The notes under the pieces were generated by a model, which saw nothing but the letters and a program-made list of their open reading frames with translations, had not been told where the DNA came from and did no database searches. 32,000 bases of DNA from assembly GCA_963816495.1 (NCBI GenBank), contig CAWFKY010000006.1, positions 53,677 through 85,676 on the forward strand, given 5' to 3'. The stretch is from an uncultured Actinomycetota bacterium (GTDB taxonomy: Bacteria; Actinomycetota; Actinomycetes; Mycobacteriales; Mycobacteriaceae). How positions within the stretch are numbered: the first letter of the stretch is position 1; every line of letters starts with the position of its first letter. The translations under genes and the position numbers were made by a program. Positions 24,298 to 31,811 of this stretch are shown here, in pieces.

Positions 24298-24882
24298 TCA
24301 CCAACCGCCGGGCCAGATCAATGACACCTCGTCGTGGCCGGGTTCGCCGGCCGCAGTGGCGAACCGATCGAAGGCCGCGGCGACGAGTTCACGTTCTCTG
24401 GGAGAGATACCCCGCAGCACCTTGGTGATGGCCCTGCGCCGATGTCTGACCACCTTGGTGACCAGCCGACGTCCGTCCGGGGTGAGACTCAACGTGATGT
24501 TTCGCCGGTCGGTCGGCGATTCGCGCCGGTCAAGCCAACCGGCCTTGATCAGGCGATCACAGATGCGGCTGGCGTTCGACGGGTTGACATCGAGACCGGC
24601 GGCCACCGCGGCCAGGTTTAGCGGGCCGCGCGTGTCCACCATGACCAGCACCCGCCACTGCGGCACGGTCACGTCGTCGACGACCGAGGCTATCGAGGAG
24701 GCGGCGATGCCCACTAACGCACGGGATGCGCGTGACACGGCCTCGATCTGGTCGGCGGGGGGTCCCTCGGTGCCGGTGCCACGGCGTTGTGCTGCTGCGG
24801 TCATCACAGCATCATCGCTCAGGGTTCGGCGCAACCGCGGACGGCGAGCGGGATTCATAGCAAATCCTTTGCTCTTGGGCAT
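24298..24882 (-). CDS. MarR-family transcriptional regulator.
   Basis: Winged-helix block: QWRVLVMV...LNLAAVAAGLDVNPSNASRICDRLIKAGWLDRRESPTDRRNITLSLTPDGRRLV. The start is ambiguous (ATG 24882, 24858 or 24804). The low proportion of G/C-ending codons at the 5' end favours a later start. Confidence 0.85.
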   Translation of the reverse strand: MPKSKGFAMNPARRPRLRRTLSDDAVMTAAAQRRGTGTEGPPADQIEAVSRASRALVGIAASSIASVVDDVTVPQWRVLVMVDTRGPLNLAAVAAGLDVNPSNASRICDRLIKAGWLDRRESPTDRRNITLSLTPDGRRLVTKVVRHRRRAITKVLRGISPRERELVAAAFDRFATAAGEPGHDEVSLIWPGGW

Positions 24883-24963
24883 CGGCGTCCGTGGCGACCG
24901 GTAATTCGGTCAGCGAATCGGCTCCCAGCGGTTGTCGGCCGGGCCCTGCAGCGCTCGCCCAGT

Positions 24964-24977
24964 CGGTTCGCGAACCG
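24964..24977. promoter_or_regulatory. Perfect 14-bp palindrome CGGTTCGCGAACCG in the MarR/cutinase divergent region; candidate operator.
   Basis: I verified by hand that it is self-complementary. It lies 82 nt upstream of the longest MarR start and 143 nt upstream of the cutinase ATG 25120. Confidence 0.35.
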
Positions 24978-25119
24978 CGTTCGGGCCGTGCCGCATTGGC
25001 GTCCACTCAACCTGCGGCGGGTTGTAAATTCTTGATGAACCAGTGCTCCCCGGCAATGGTGGCCGAGCGTTCAGCGAAAATCATGGTTAGAGATGCGCTG
25101 TGGTGGGCACAATTGCGGC

Positions 25120-25872
25120 ATGATCGCACTTCACATCAGGCGTTGCCTTGGTTCTGCAACCATCGCGGCATCGGGTCTTGGGGCTGCTGTCCTTTCCGTG
25201 CCCGCTCTCCCCTCCGCATCCGCCCAGCCGTGCCCCGACGTTGAGGTGGCTTTCGCCCGCGGTACCGGCGAGCCGCCCGGCGTCGGACCCACCGGACAGG
25301 CATTCGTCGACTCCCTGCGTGCGCGCGCTGGCGGGAAGTCGGTCGATGTATATCCGGTCAACTACCCCGCAAGCAACGAGTGGTCCACCGGTATCGACGG
25401 CATCAGAGATGCGGGCGCCCATGTCGTTTCGGAGGCGACGAGCTGTCCCCAGACCAAGATGGTGCTCGGCGGCTATTCCCAAGGCGCGGCGGTGATGGGC
25501 TTCGTCACCTCGGCGGCGGTGCCGGACGGCGTTGATCCGGCGACCGTACCCAAACCGCTGGCCCCCGACGTGGCCAACCATGTTGCCGCTGTCGTGTTGT
25601 TCGGCACGCCGAATGTCCGGGCCATGAACTTCCTCGGCGAGCCTCCTCTCGCCATCGGCCCGACCTATCAGGCCAAGACCATCAAGGTGTGCGCCCCCGA
25701 GGACCCGGTCTGTTCCGACGGGATGAATTTCGCCGCACACGACACCTACGCCGACGACGCCAGCATCGTCGATCAAGGAACAGCGTTCGCCGCCAATCAG
25801 CTTGGCGCGGGTCCGAGTGCGCCCGCGCCCGTGACGGTGGTGCAGGCTCCGCGCCCAGGCGCCGGGAATTGA
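25120..25872 (+). CDS. Secreted cutinase-family serine esterase (second paralogue) with a Pro/Ala-rich C-terminal tail.
   Basis: Signal peptide MIALHIRRCLGSATIAASGLGAAVLSVPALPSASA. Motifs: QPCPDVEVAFARGT, GYSQG, CAPEDPVCSDGMNFAAHDTY. The ORF is open from ATG 25093. Confidence 0.85.
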   Translation: MIALHIRRCLGSATIAASGLGAAVLSVPALPSASAQPCPDVEVAFARGTGEPPGVGPTGQAFVDSLRARAGGKSVDVYPVNYPASNEWSTGIDGIRDAGAHVVSEATSCPQTKMVLGGYSQGAAVMGFVTSAAVPDGVDPATVPKPLAPDVANHVAAVVLFGTPNVRAMNFLGEPPLAIGPTYQAKTIKVCAPEDPVCSDGMNFAAHDTYADDASIVDQGTAFAANQLGAGPSAPAPVTVVQAPRPGAGN

Positions 25873-25905
25873 CCTAACGCCTGCACCGTTCGCCCTGCCG
25901 GATCG

Positions 25906-26910
25906 GTGGGCACGCGTAGGTTCAACAACGTGCCCCAGGTAGCGATACTCGATGACTACGTCGGTGTGGCCCTCGACCTCGCCGACTGGTCGCAGGTGCG
26001 GAGCCGGGCCGAAATCACCGTCTTCGACCGGCACCTGTCCGCGGAGGAAGCCGCAAACGCACTCAGGCCGTTCGATGTCCTGTGCACCCTGCGCGAGCGG
26101 ATGGCGCTACCGCGCGCCCTCATCGAGCGGCTGCCGAACCTCAAACTGATCACCATCGTCGGCAAGAGCCTGCCGAATCTGGACATGGCCGCGGCCACCG
26201 AGCACGGTGTCCTTGTCGCCCACTCGAACTTCGCCAACCCAAGATTCAGCTCCGTGCATGACGCCACCCCGGAATTCGCCTGGGGGTTGATGATCGCGAC
26301 CGTGCGCAACCTTGCCGAAGAGCACCTACGCATGCGTGCCGGCGGGTGGCAGGCCAGTACTGGCATGACGCTGTCGGGCAAAACGCTGGGGCTCCTGGGG
26401 CTCGGCAGGATCGGTAAGCGCATGGCCGAATACGCGAAAGTCTTTGGCATGCAAGTCATTGCGTGGAGTCAAAACCTCACCGACGAGGCCGCGGCCGCGG
26501 TCGGCGTGCGACGGGTCGACAAAGCCGCGCTGTTCGCAGAGTCCGACGTGGTCTCCATCCACCTGGTGCTTTCGGAGCGCACCCGTGGTCTGGTCGCCGC
26601 GCCCGAGCTGGCCTTGATGAAGCCACACGCCTACCTGATCAACACCTCCAGGGGACCGATCGTCGATGAGGGCGCTCTGATCGCTGCGCTCAGGACGAGG
26701 CGCATCGCCGGAGCCGGGCTCGATGTCTACGAGAGCGAACCGCTTCCGCCCGACCATCCGTTGCGGCAGTTACCCACCGCGACGTTGTCGCCCCACCTTG
26801 GGTACGTCACGCGCGAAATGCTCAGCGCGTTCTATTCCGACACCGTCGAAGCGGTGGAGGCGTGGCTGAACGGGACGCCCGTTCGGATCGCCAATCCCGA
26901 GGCGCTGTAA
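25906..26910 (+). CDS. D-isomer-specific 2-hydroxyacid dehydrogenase family, NAD-binding.
   Basis: Motifs: GKTLGLLGLGRIGKRMA (Rossmann GxGxxG), INTSRGPIVDE, PHLGY. The start is uncertain (GTG 25906 or the downstream GTG). Confidence 0.85.
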   Translation: MGTRRFNNVPQVAILDDYVGVALDLADWSQVRSRAEITVFDRHLSAEEAANALRPFDVLCTLRERMALPRALIERLPNLKLITIVGKSLPNLDMAAATEHGVLVAHSNFANPRFSSVHDATPEFAWGLMIATVRNLAEEHLRMRAGGWQASTGMTLSGKTLGLLGLGRIGKRMAEYAKVFGMQVIAWSQNLTDEAAAAVGVRRVDKAALFAESDVVSIHLVLSERTRGLVAAPELALMKPHAYLINTSRGPIVDEGALIAALRTRRIAGAGLDVYESEPLPPDHPLRQLPTATLSPHLGYVTREMLSAFYSDTVEAVEAWLNGTPVRIANPEAL

Positions 26911-26917
26911 AGACTGA

Positions 26918-26935
26918 GAGCGGCGCGCACCGCTC
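26918..26935 (+). terminator. Hairpin GAGCGG-CGCGCA-CCGCTC, 8 nt after the dehydrogenase stop.
   Basis: Perfect 6-bp stem, extendable to 8 of 9 bp. No U-tract, which is common in mycobacteria. Confidence 0.3.
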
Positions 26936-26966
26936 ACACAGCTAACCACCACGGGCGAACGCTAAG

Positions 26967-26989
26967 CCGCCCCGCGGAATGCGGGGTGG
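26967..26989. terminator. Hairpin CCGCCCCGC-GGAAT-GCGGGGTGG between two convergent genes.
   Basis: 9-bp stem with one G-U pair when read on the plus strand. It lies 13 nt from the DUF732 stop. Confidence 0.3.
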
Positions 26990-27001
26990 GCAAGGAATCG
27001 A

Positions 27002-27325
27002 TTAACCCGGGCAGTACACGGATTCGGCGGCACTCACCATTCCGGTGATGTCCGCGAACGAGTATCCCTTGGCACTCAACTGGCCGTGAAGATCAGCGGC
27101 GATCGCGTCCGGCGTTTTACCGGCCAGGCGGTCAGAGCAGATGCTGTGGCCCATCCCGATAATGTCGGAGTCCGCTCCCTGCTGCCACGTAAAGCCCAGG
27201 TTCTTCAGCTTTGAAAGGTACGTGTCGTCAGTGGAATCGGCGGCCGCGACCGCGGTTCCAGTGGTCAAAGCGGCACCAATGATTACCGGGATAGTCAGTT
27301 TGGTGAGCCAGCGGTGTGAAGACAT
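27002..27325 (-). CDS. DUF732-family secreted protein.
   Basis: Signal peptide ending VAAADS. Typical DUF732 layout: D..YL..L...G......D.......G...C..L..G followed by a terminal YCPG. Two Cys residues. Confidence 0.75.
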   Translation of the reverse strand: MSSHRWLTKLTIPVIIGAALTTGTAVAAADSTDDTYLSKLKNLGFTWQQGADSDIIGMGHSICSDRLAGKTPDAIAADLHGQLSAKGYSFADITGMVSAAESVYCPG

Positions 27326-27746
27326 TTAATGTCCCTTCTTTTGTTGGCGGCGTAGCCGCAATTATGAAGCGTGGTTGGCCAGCGACGCAGAAAATAAGCG
27401 AAGCTGGGAAGTAGCTTGTGAGAACCTGTAAATCGCGCCTAGGCTCCGGCCTCAGCGAACACGTGGCGGCCCGAGGGTTCGCGTCGATGCGGCCCGGCCG
27501 CGGGCCGCGCTTCCGCTCAAGTGAGTTCCTATCGCCGAGGGGACGTGAACCGCCTCACCGTAGGAAGGTTCGATTTCAAGCTTGTTGCGGCTGCGTCAAC
27601 GATTTTCTGCGACGTCGCGAACGTGCGGCTCAGCCCCGGCCGGCCAGCAGGCTGTGCCACGCGATCAATTCCGGCTTGTATGTGGCTACGCCGTTACCCT
27701 TCGATGCATCTCATTACCGTGTCGTCGTCAAGCGAGCGGAGCAGGA

Positions 27747-28145
27747 GTGACAAGGGATCAAGCGGGCGCACTTGGCCAACAGCGTTTTGTGTCGCTGACC
27801 ACGTTCAAGCGCGACGGACAAGGCGTTTCGACGCCCATGTGGATCGGTCGTGACGGCGGTGACCTTTTCGTCTGGACGCCGGCGGACAGCTGGAAAGTCA
27901 AACGGGTCCAAAACAATCCACGTGTCCTGCTGGCGCCGAGCAACCGCTTCGGCAAGGTCCCTGACGGAGTCTCGGCCATCGAGGGCGCCGCGCAAGTGGT
28001 CAGCGATCCCGCGACAGTGCAACGACTCGGGGGCGAGATCCGCAAAAAGTATGGCCTGCAATACCGCCTGGTGACGTTCGTCGAAGCGATCGCGGCGCGG
28101 GGGCGCAAGCCACGGGTCATCCTGCGGATCGCTCTGTCACACTGA
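27747..28145 (+). CDS. PPOX-class (pyridoxamine 5'-phosphate oxidase-like) probable F420-dependent enzyme.
   Basis: GTG 27747 is preceded by GGAG at 5-nt spacing. Motif: FVSLTTFKRDGQGVSTPMWIGRDGGDLFVWTPADSWKVKRVQNNPRV. The upstream part of ORF 27582..28145 is Arg/Cys-rich and unconvincing. Confidence 0.7.
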   Translation: MTRDQAGALGQQRFVSLTTFKRDGQGVSTPMWIGRDGGDLFVWTPADSWKVKRVQNNPRVLLAPSNRFGKVPDGVSAIEGAAQVVSDPATVQRLGGEIRKKYGLQYRLVTFVEAIAARGRKPRVILRIALSH

Positions 28146-28255
28146 GGCGTTCGAGCGCGATCGCACCGACGGTCAATGTTTCCCGATGAATTTCGGGTGC
28201 GCCGGCAGTCATACCTTCGACACCACAATTCGGATAGCGAAGGAGCAGGTCCTCC

Positions 28256-28948
28256 ATGTCCAATGCCCTACCGCCGATCGTCGATCACCAGACCTGGCGC
28301 GCCAGGCTCGACGAACTGCGCGAGCGCGAGAAGGCCGCCACCCGCGAACTGGACGCGATCGCGGCCCAGCGTCGGCGTCTGCCGATGGTTGAGCTGCCCG
28401 ACTACACCCTGATCGGCGCCGACGGGCACGTCCGCCTCGTCGACGTGTTCGATGGCCGCTCGCAGCTGATCGTCTACCACCACATGTGGTCGGACGGCGC
28501 GCGGTGGCAGTGCGGCGGGTGCACGGGATTCACGTCGCAGTTCACCCGCATGGAGTTCCTCGACAACTACGACGCCCGCTTCGTCATCGTCACCAACGGA
28601 CCGATCGACGAAGCGCTGGCCTACAAGCGCAGGGTCGGCAACCGGATGCAGTGGTACTCGTCGTCGCAGAGCACCTTCGGCGCGGACATGGACGCGCCCC
28701 CGGACGGGGGCTTCGCGGTCAATGTGTTCCTGCGCGACGGTGACACGGTGTACCGGACATGGCACACCAACGGGCGGGGCACCGAGCAGCTCAGCCACAG
28801 CTTCGCGCTGATCGACCTGCTGCCGTGGGGCCGCCAGGAGGAATGGCTCGATTCGCCTGACGGCTGGCCTTCCCGGCCCACATACTCGGGTTGGCTCGAC
28901 TCTCCCGATATCGCGCTCGCATACGGGCCAAGTGAGGACAATTCATGA
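28256..28948 (+). CDS. DUF899-family thioredoxin-like protein.
   Basis: Motifs: WRARLDELREREKAATRELDAIAAQRRRLPMVEL...Y.L.G.DG...L.DVFDGRSQLIVYHHMW and CGGCTGF. GAAGGAGCAGG lies upstream of the ATG. Confidence 0.75.
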   Translation: MSNALPPIVDHQTWRARLDELREREKAATRELDAIAAQRRRLPMVELPDYTLIGADGHVRLVDVFDGRSQLIVYHHMWSDGARWQCGGCTGFTSQFTRMEFLDNYDARFVIVTNGPIDEALAYKRRVGNRMQWYSSSQSTFGADMDAPPDGGFAVNVFLRDGDTVYRTWHTNGRGTEQLSHSFALIDLLPWGRQEEWLDSPDGWPSRPTYSGWLDSPDIALAYGPSEDNS

Positions 28949-29427
28949 CCGCGACCACCGACAGCTACGCCGTCACCCGCACGATCGCCGCCAGCCCGGC
29001 ACAGATCTTCGCGATCCTGGCCGACCCGTCCCGTCACCAGAACACCGAGCCCACCGATTGGGTCCGCGATGCGGTGGAGACCGCACCGATCACAGCCGCC
29101 GGGCAGGTGTTCGCGATGAACATGTTCCTGGAACGGGCCGGTGGTCACTACGTGGTTCACAACGTGGTCAATGTGTTCGATCAGGACCGTGCCATCGGCT
29201 GGATGCCGGGTCGGCTCGACGACGCGGGCAATCACGACCCCGGCGGATGGTTCTGGCGCTACGACCTCGTTCCCAACGGCGACGGCACGGACGTCACCCT
29301 CACCTACGATTGGAGCGCGACGCCGCAGGATTTCCGCGACGAAGTCGGCGGGATGCCGGTGTTCCCGGAGGACTACCTCGGCGCATCGCTGATCACCCTG
29401 GAGCGCACCCTCACTTCTGCAAGGTGA
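28945..29427 (+). CDS. SRPBCC-superfamily (polyketide cyclase/dehydrase-like) protein.
   Basis: 160 aa. The N-terminal block VTRTIAASPAQIFAILADPSRH is typical of SRPBCC proteins. ATGA start/stop overlap with the DUF899 gene. Confidence 0.65.
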   Translation: MTATTDSYAVTRTIAASPAQIFAILADPSRHQNTEPTDWVRDAVETAPITAAGQVFAMNMFLERAGGHYVVHNVVNVFDQDRAIGWMPGRLDDAGNHDPGGWFWRYDLVPNGDGTDVTLTYDWSATPQDFRDEVGGMPVFPEDYLGASLITLERTLTSAR

Positions 29428-30274
29428 ACTGGTTGAGGTCGATATAACCGGATCGGAACAACTTCGCGCAGCCGGTGAGGTATTTCATATACCGCTCGTA
29501 AACCTCTTGCGACTGCAGCTGTATCGCTTCGCTTTCGCGTTCCTGCAAGGCGTGTGCCCACAGATCGAGGGTCCTCGCGTAGTGCAGTTGCAGCGAATGC
29601 CGGCGGGTCAAGGTGAAGCCCGCTGCCGCCGACTGTTCCTCAACCATCTCGATCGAGGGCAGCTGACCGCCGGGGAAGATCTCGGTGGCGATGAACTTGG
29701 TGAAACGGAGCATGTCGATCGTTATGGGCAGACCCTGCTCCTCGAACTGCTCGAGTGTTAGCCCGGTGATCGTGTGCAGCAGCATCACACCGTCGGTGGG
29801 CAGGATTTTGTGCGCCAATCCGAAGAAGTCGCCGTAGCGATCGCGCCGGAAATGCTCGAACGCACCGATGGACACGATGCGGTCGACGGATTCCGTGAAC
29901 TCTTCCCAGCCTTGCAGCAGGATCCGCCTGCTGCGCGCGGTGTCCATCTCGTCGAAGACCCTCTGCACGTGCGCGGCCTGGTTCTTCGACAACGTCAAGC
30001 CGATGACGTTGACGTCGTACTTCTCGATCGCGCGGCGCATGGTGGCTCCCCACCCGCATCCGACGTCGAGCAGCGTCATGCCGGGTTGCAGGCCCAGCTT
30101 GCCCAGCGCCAGATCGATCTTGGCGATCTGGGCCTCGTGCAGCGTCATGTCGTCGCGCTCGAAGTACGCGCAGCTGTATGTCTGGGACGAATCGAGGAAC
30201 AGGCGAAAGAAATCGTCGGATAGGTCGTAATGCGCCTGGACGTCGGCGAAATGCGGGGTCAGCCCGTAAGTCAT
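29411..30274 (-). CDS. Mycolic acid cyclopropane synthase / SAM-dependent methyltransferase (CmaA1/PcaA/MmaA family).
   Basis: 287 aa. Motifs: PHFADVQAHYDLSDDFFRLFLD..QTYSCAYFERDDMTLHEAQIAKIDLALGKLGLQPGMTLLDVGCGWGATM, EIFPGG.LPS, YMKYLTGCAKLFR.GY...QFTL.K. Near-collinear with CmaA1 and PcaA as remembered; I cannot decide which orthologue it is. Confidence 0.9.
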   Translation of the reverse strand: MTYGLTPHFADVQAHYDLSDDFFRLFLDSSQTYSCAYFERDDMTLHEAQIAKIDLALGKLGLQPGMTLLDVGCGWGATMRRAIEKYDVNVIGLTLSKNQAAHVQRVFDEMDTARSRRILLQGWEEFTESVDRIVSIGAFEHFRRDRYGDFFGLAHKILPTDGVMLLHTITGLTLEQFEEQGLPITIDMLRFTKFIATEIFPGGQLPSIEMVEEQSAAAGFTLTRRHSLQLHYARTLDLWAHALQERESEAIQLQSQEVYERYMKYLTGCAKLFRSGYIDLNQFTLQK

Positions 30275-30416
30275 GATCGTGTGCCTTTCTGGACCCTGGG
30301 GCCTCCGCTAATGTGCAAACTTCGCACGATTACCCACGAATATGCGTTCGAAAACAAACCCGCTCACCGGGTTTACCGAGCCCTCCCTTCCGGCTACACG
30401 GAACGCAACAGCGTCG

Positions 30417-31733
30417 ATGCGCGGGTCGGCCGCGAGTCAGCAAGCAAGAAAGCGCGACGGTTTGCCAACTTCGATAACGTCTCAGAGCAGCGGTCGGTTC
30501 ATCCGGCCGCTGGTCCGCCTCAGCCAGCAGCGGCTGCTGCTGCTTACCGTATTCGTTGCGGTGGGGGTGGTCGGATGGCTCCAGATTGCGTTATTTCCGC
30601 ATTGCCCGGGCTGCTCGTCGAAAACGCTTGGAGCGGCGCAGGTCACGATCACACCCGACGCCAACGCGCACGACGTCGATCCGGTCGAGCACGTGCTGGT
30701 CAAAGCCAATGTTGGGACGCTGACCGACGTTCGCATGGTCAACGACGACAACAAACAAGTCGAGGGCGTGCTGACCCCCGATAACAAGGTCTGGAAACCC
30801 ACCGTCCCGTTGGGCTACGGACGCACGTACACGCTCAGGGTCAGCAGCCGTGGCCCCAATCGCGTTGAGTCGACTCAGATGTCGTCATTCTCGACGCTGC
30901 GCCCGCCCAATCAGACCAAGGTTTCGTTCACCACGACGTCGGAGGCGGCGCTGAAAGACGGTGCCACGTATGGCGTCGGAACGGTGGTCGTCGCCCATTT
31001 CGATGAGCGGATCGCCGATCGCGCGGCCGCCGAGAAACAGCTGGCGGTGTCGACGAACCCTGCGGTGCAGGGTTCGTGGTTCTGGGTCGACGACCAGAAC
31101 GCCCACTGGCGGCCGGAGCACTATTACACGCCGGGCACGACGGTCACCGCCGAGGCCAAGATCTACGGAATCGCTTTGGGAAATGGCCTATTCGGGCAAG
31201 ACGACAGCCGGGTCTCGTTCCGGATCGGCGACGCCCACGTATCCATCGCCGACGATGCCACCAAGCTGGTCAGCGTCTTCGACAACGGCGCCCTCGTTCG
31301 CACCATGCCGACCTCCATGGGGATGGGTGGCACGGAAAATGTTGCCGGGCACACCATTTCGTTGTGGACTCCGCCGGGCATTTACACCGTGCTGGACAAG
31401 GGCAACCCGGTCGTGATGGACTCCTCGACATTCGGGCTGCCCAAGAACTCACGCCTCGGGTATCGCGAGACCATCAACTACGCGACCAAGATCAGCACCG
31501 ACGGCATCTATCTACATGAGCTCGACGCGACCGTGTGGGCCCAGGGGCACACCGACACCTCGCACGGGTGCCTGAACCTCAACGCCGACAACGCGAAATG
31601 GTTCTACGGTTTCTCCGTCCCCGGTGACGTGGTAGAGATCCGCAACAGCGGCGGACCGCCGCTCAAACTGGAGCAAAACGGCGACTGGACGCTCAGCTGG
31701 GATCAGTGGCGCAACGGCAGCGCCCTGAAGTGA
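30417..31733 (+). CDS. L,D-transpeptidase (YkuD domain), LdtMt2-like.
   Basis: Motifs: FDERIADRAAAEKQLAVSTNPAVQGSWFWVDDQNAHWRPEHYY, MPTSMG, GHTDTSHGCLNLN (catalytic His/Cys), and the end DWTLSWDQWRNGS. The start is uncertain: the ORF is open from 30342, ATG lies at 30417, and codons up to about 30470 have few G/C third positions, so the true start may be further downstream. Confidence 0.85.
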   Translation: MRGSAASQQARKRDGLPTSITSQSSGRFIRPLVRLSQQRLLLLTVFVAVGVVGWLQIALFPHCPGCSSKTLGAAQVTITPDANAHDVDPVEHVLVKANVGTLTDVRMVNDDNKQVEGVLTPDNKVWKPTVPLGYGRTYTLRVSSRGPNRVESTQMSSFSTLRPPNQTKVSFTTTSEAALKDGATYGVGTVVVAHFDERIADRAAAEKQLAVSTNPAVQGSWFWVDDQNAHWRPEHYYTPGTTVTAEAKIYGIALGNGLFGQDDSRVSFRIGDAHVSIADDATKLVSVFDNGALVRTMPTSMGMGGTENVAGHTISLWTPPGIYTVLDKGNPVVMDSSTFGLPKNSRLGYRETINYATKISTDGIYLHELDATVWAQGHTDTSHGCLNLNADNAKWFYGFSVPGDVVEIRNSGGPPLKLEQNGDWTLSWDQWRNGSALK

Positions 31734-31779
31734 CGAATCAGGCCAACCGGATATTCATCCGACCGCCCGAAATGAACTC

Positions 31780-31808
31780 TTGACTGATTCCAGATAAGGG
31801 GCCATATT
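31780..31808 (+). promoter_or_regulatory. Candidate furA promoter: -35 TTGACT (31780-31785), 17-nt spacer, -10 CATATT (31803-31808).
   Basis: The hexamers and spacing were read directly from the sequence. The -10 element ends 3 nt before ATG 31812 and 6 nt before GTG 31815. Confidence 0.5.
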
Positions 31809-31811
31809 GTC

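Noticed and set aside
24964-24977. The GTTCGCGAAC core considered as a LexA SOS box.
   Set aside because: The mycobacterial SOS box is TCGAAC-N4-GTTCGA. Here the half-sites are in the opposite order with a 2-nt centre. I keep it only as a candidate MarR operator.
27523-27660. A 45-codon minus-strand ORF (VAQPAGRPGLSRTFATSQKIVDAAATSLKSNLPTVRRFTSPRR) and the plus-strand ORF starting at 27521, both with fairly high G/C at third codon positions.
   Set aside because: No Shine-Dalgarno, no recognisable motif, and an Arg/Pro/Ser-rich composition. The two overlap each other, so the G/C third-position signal is not discriminating.
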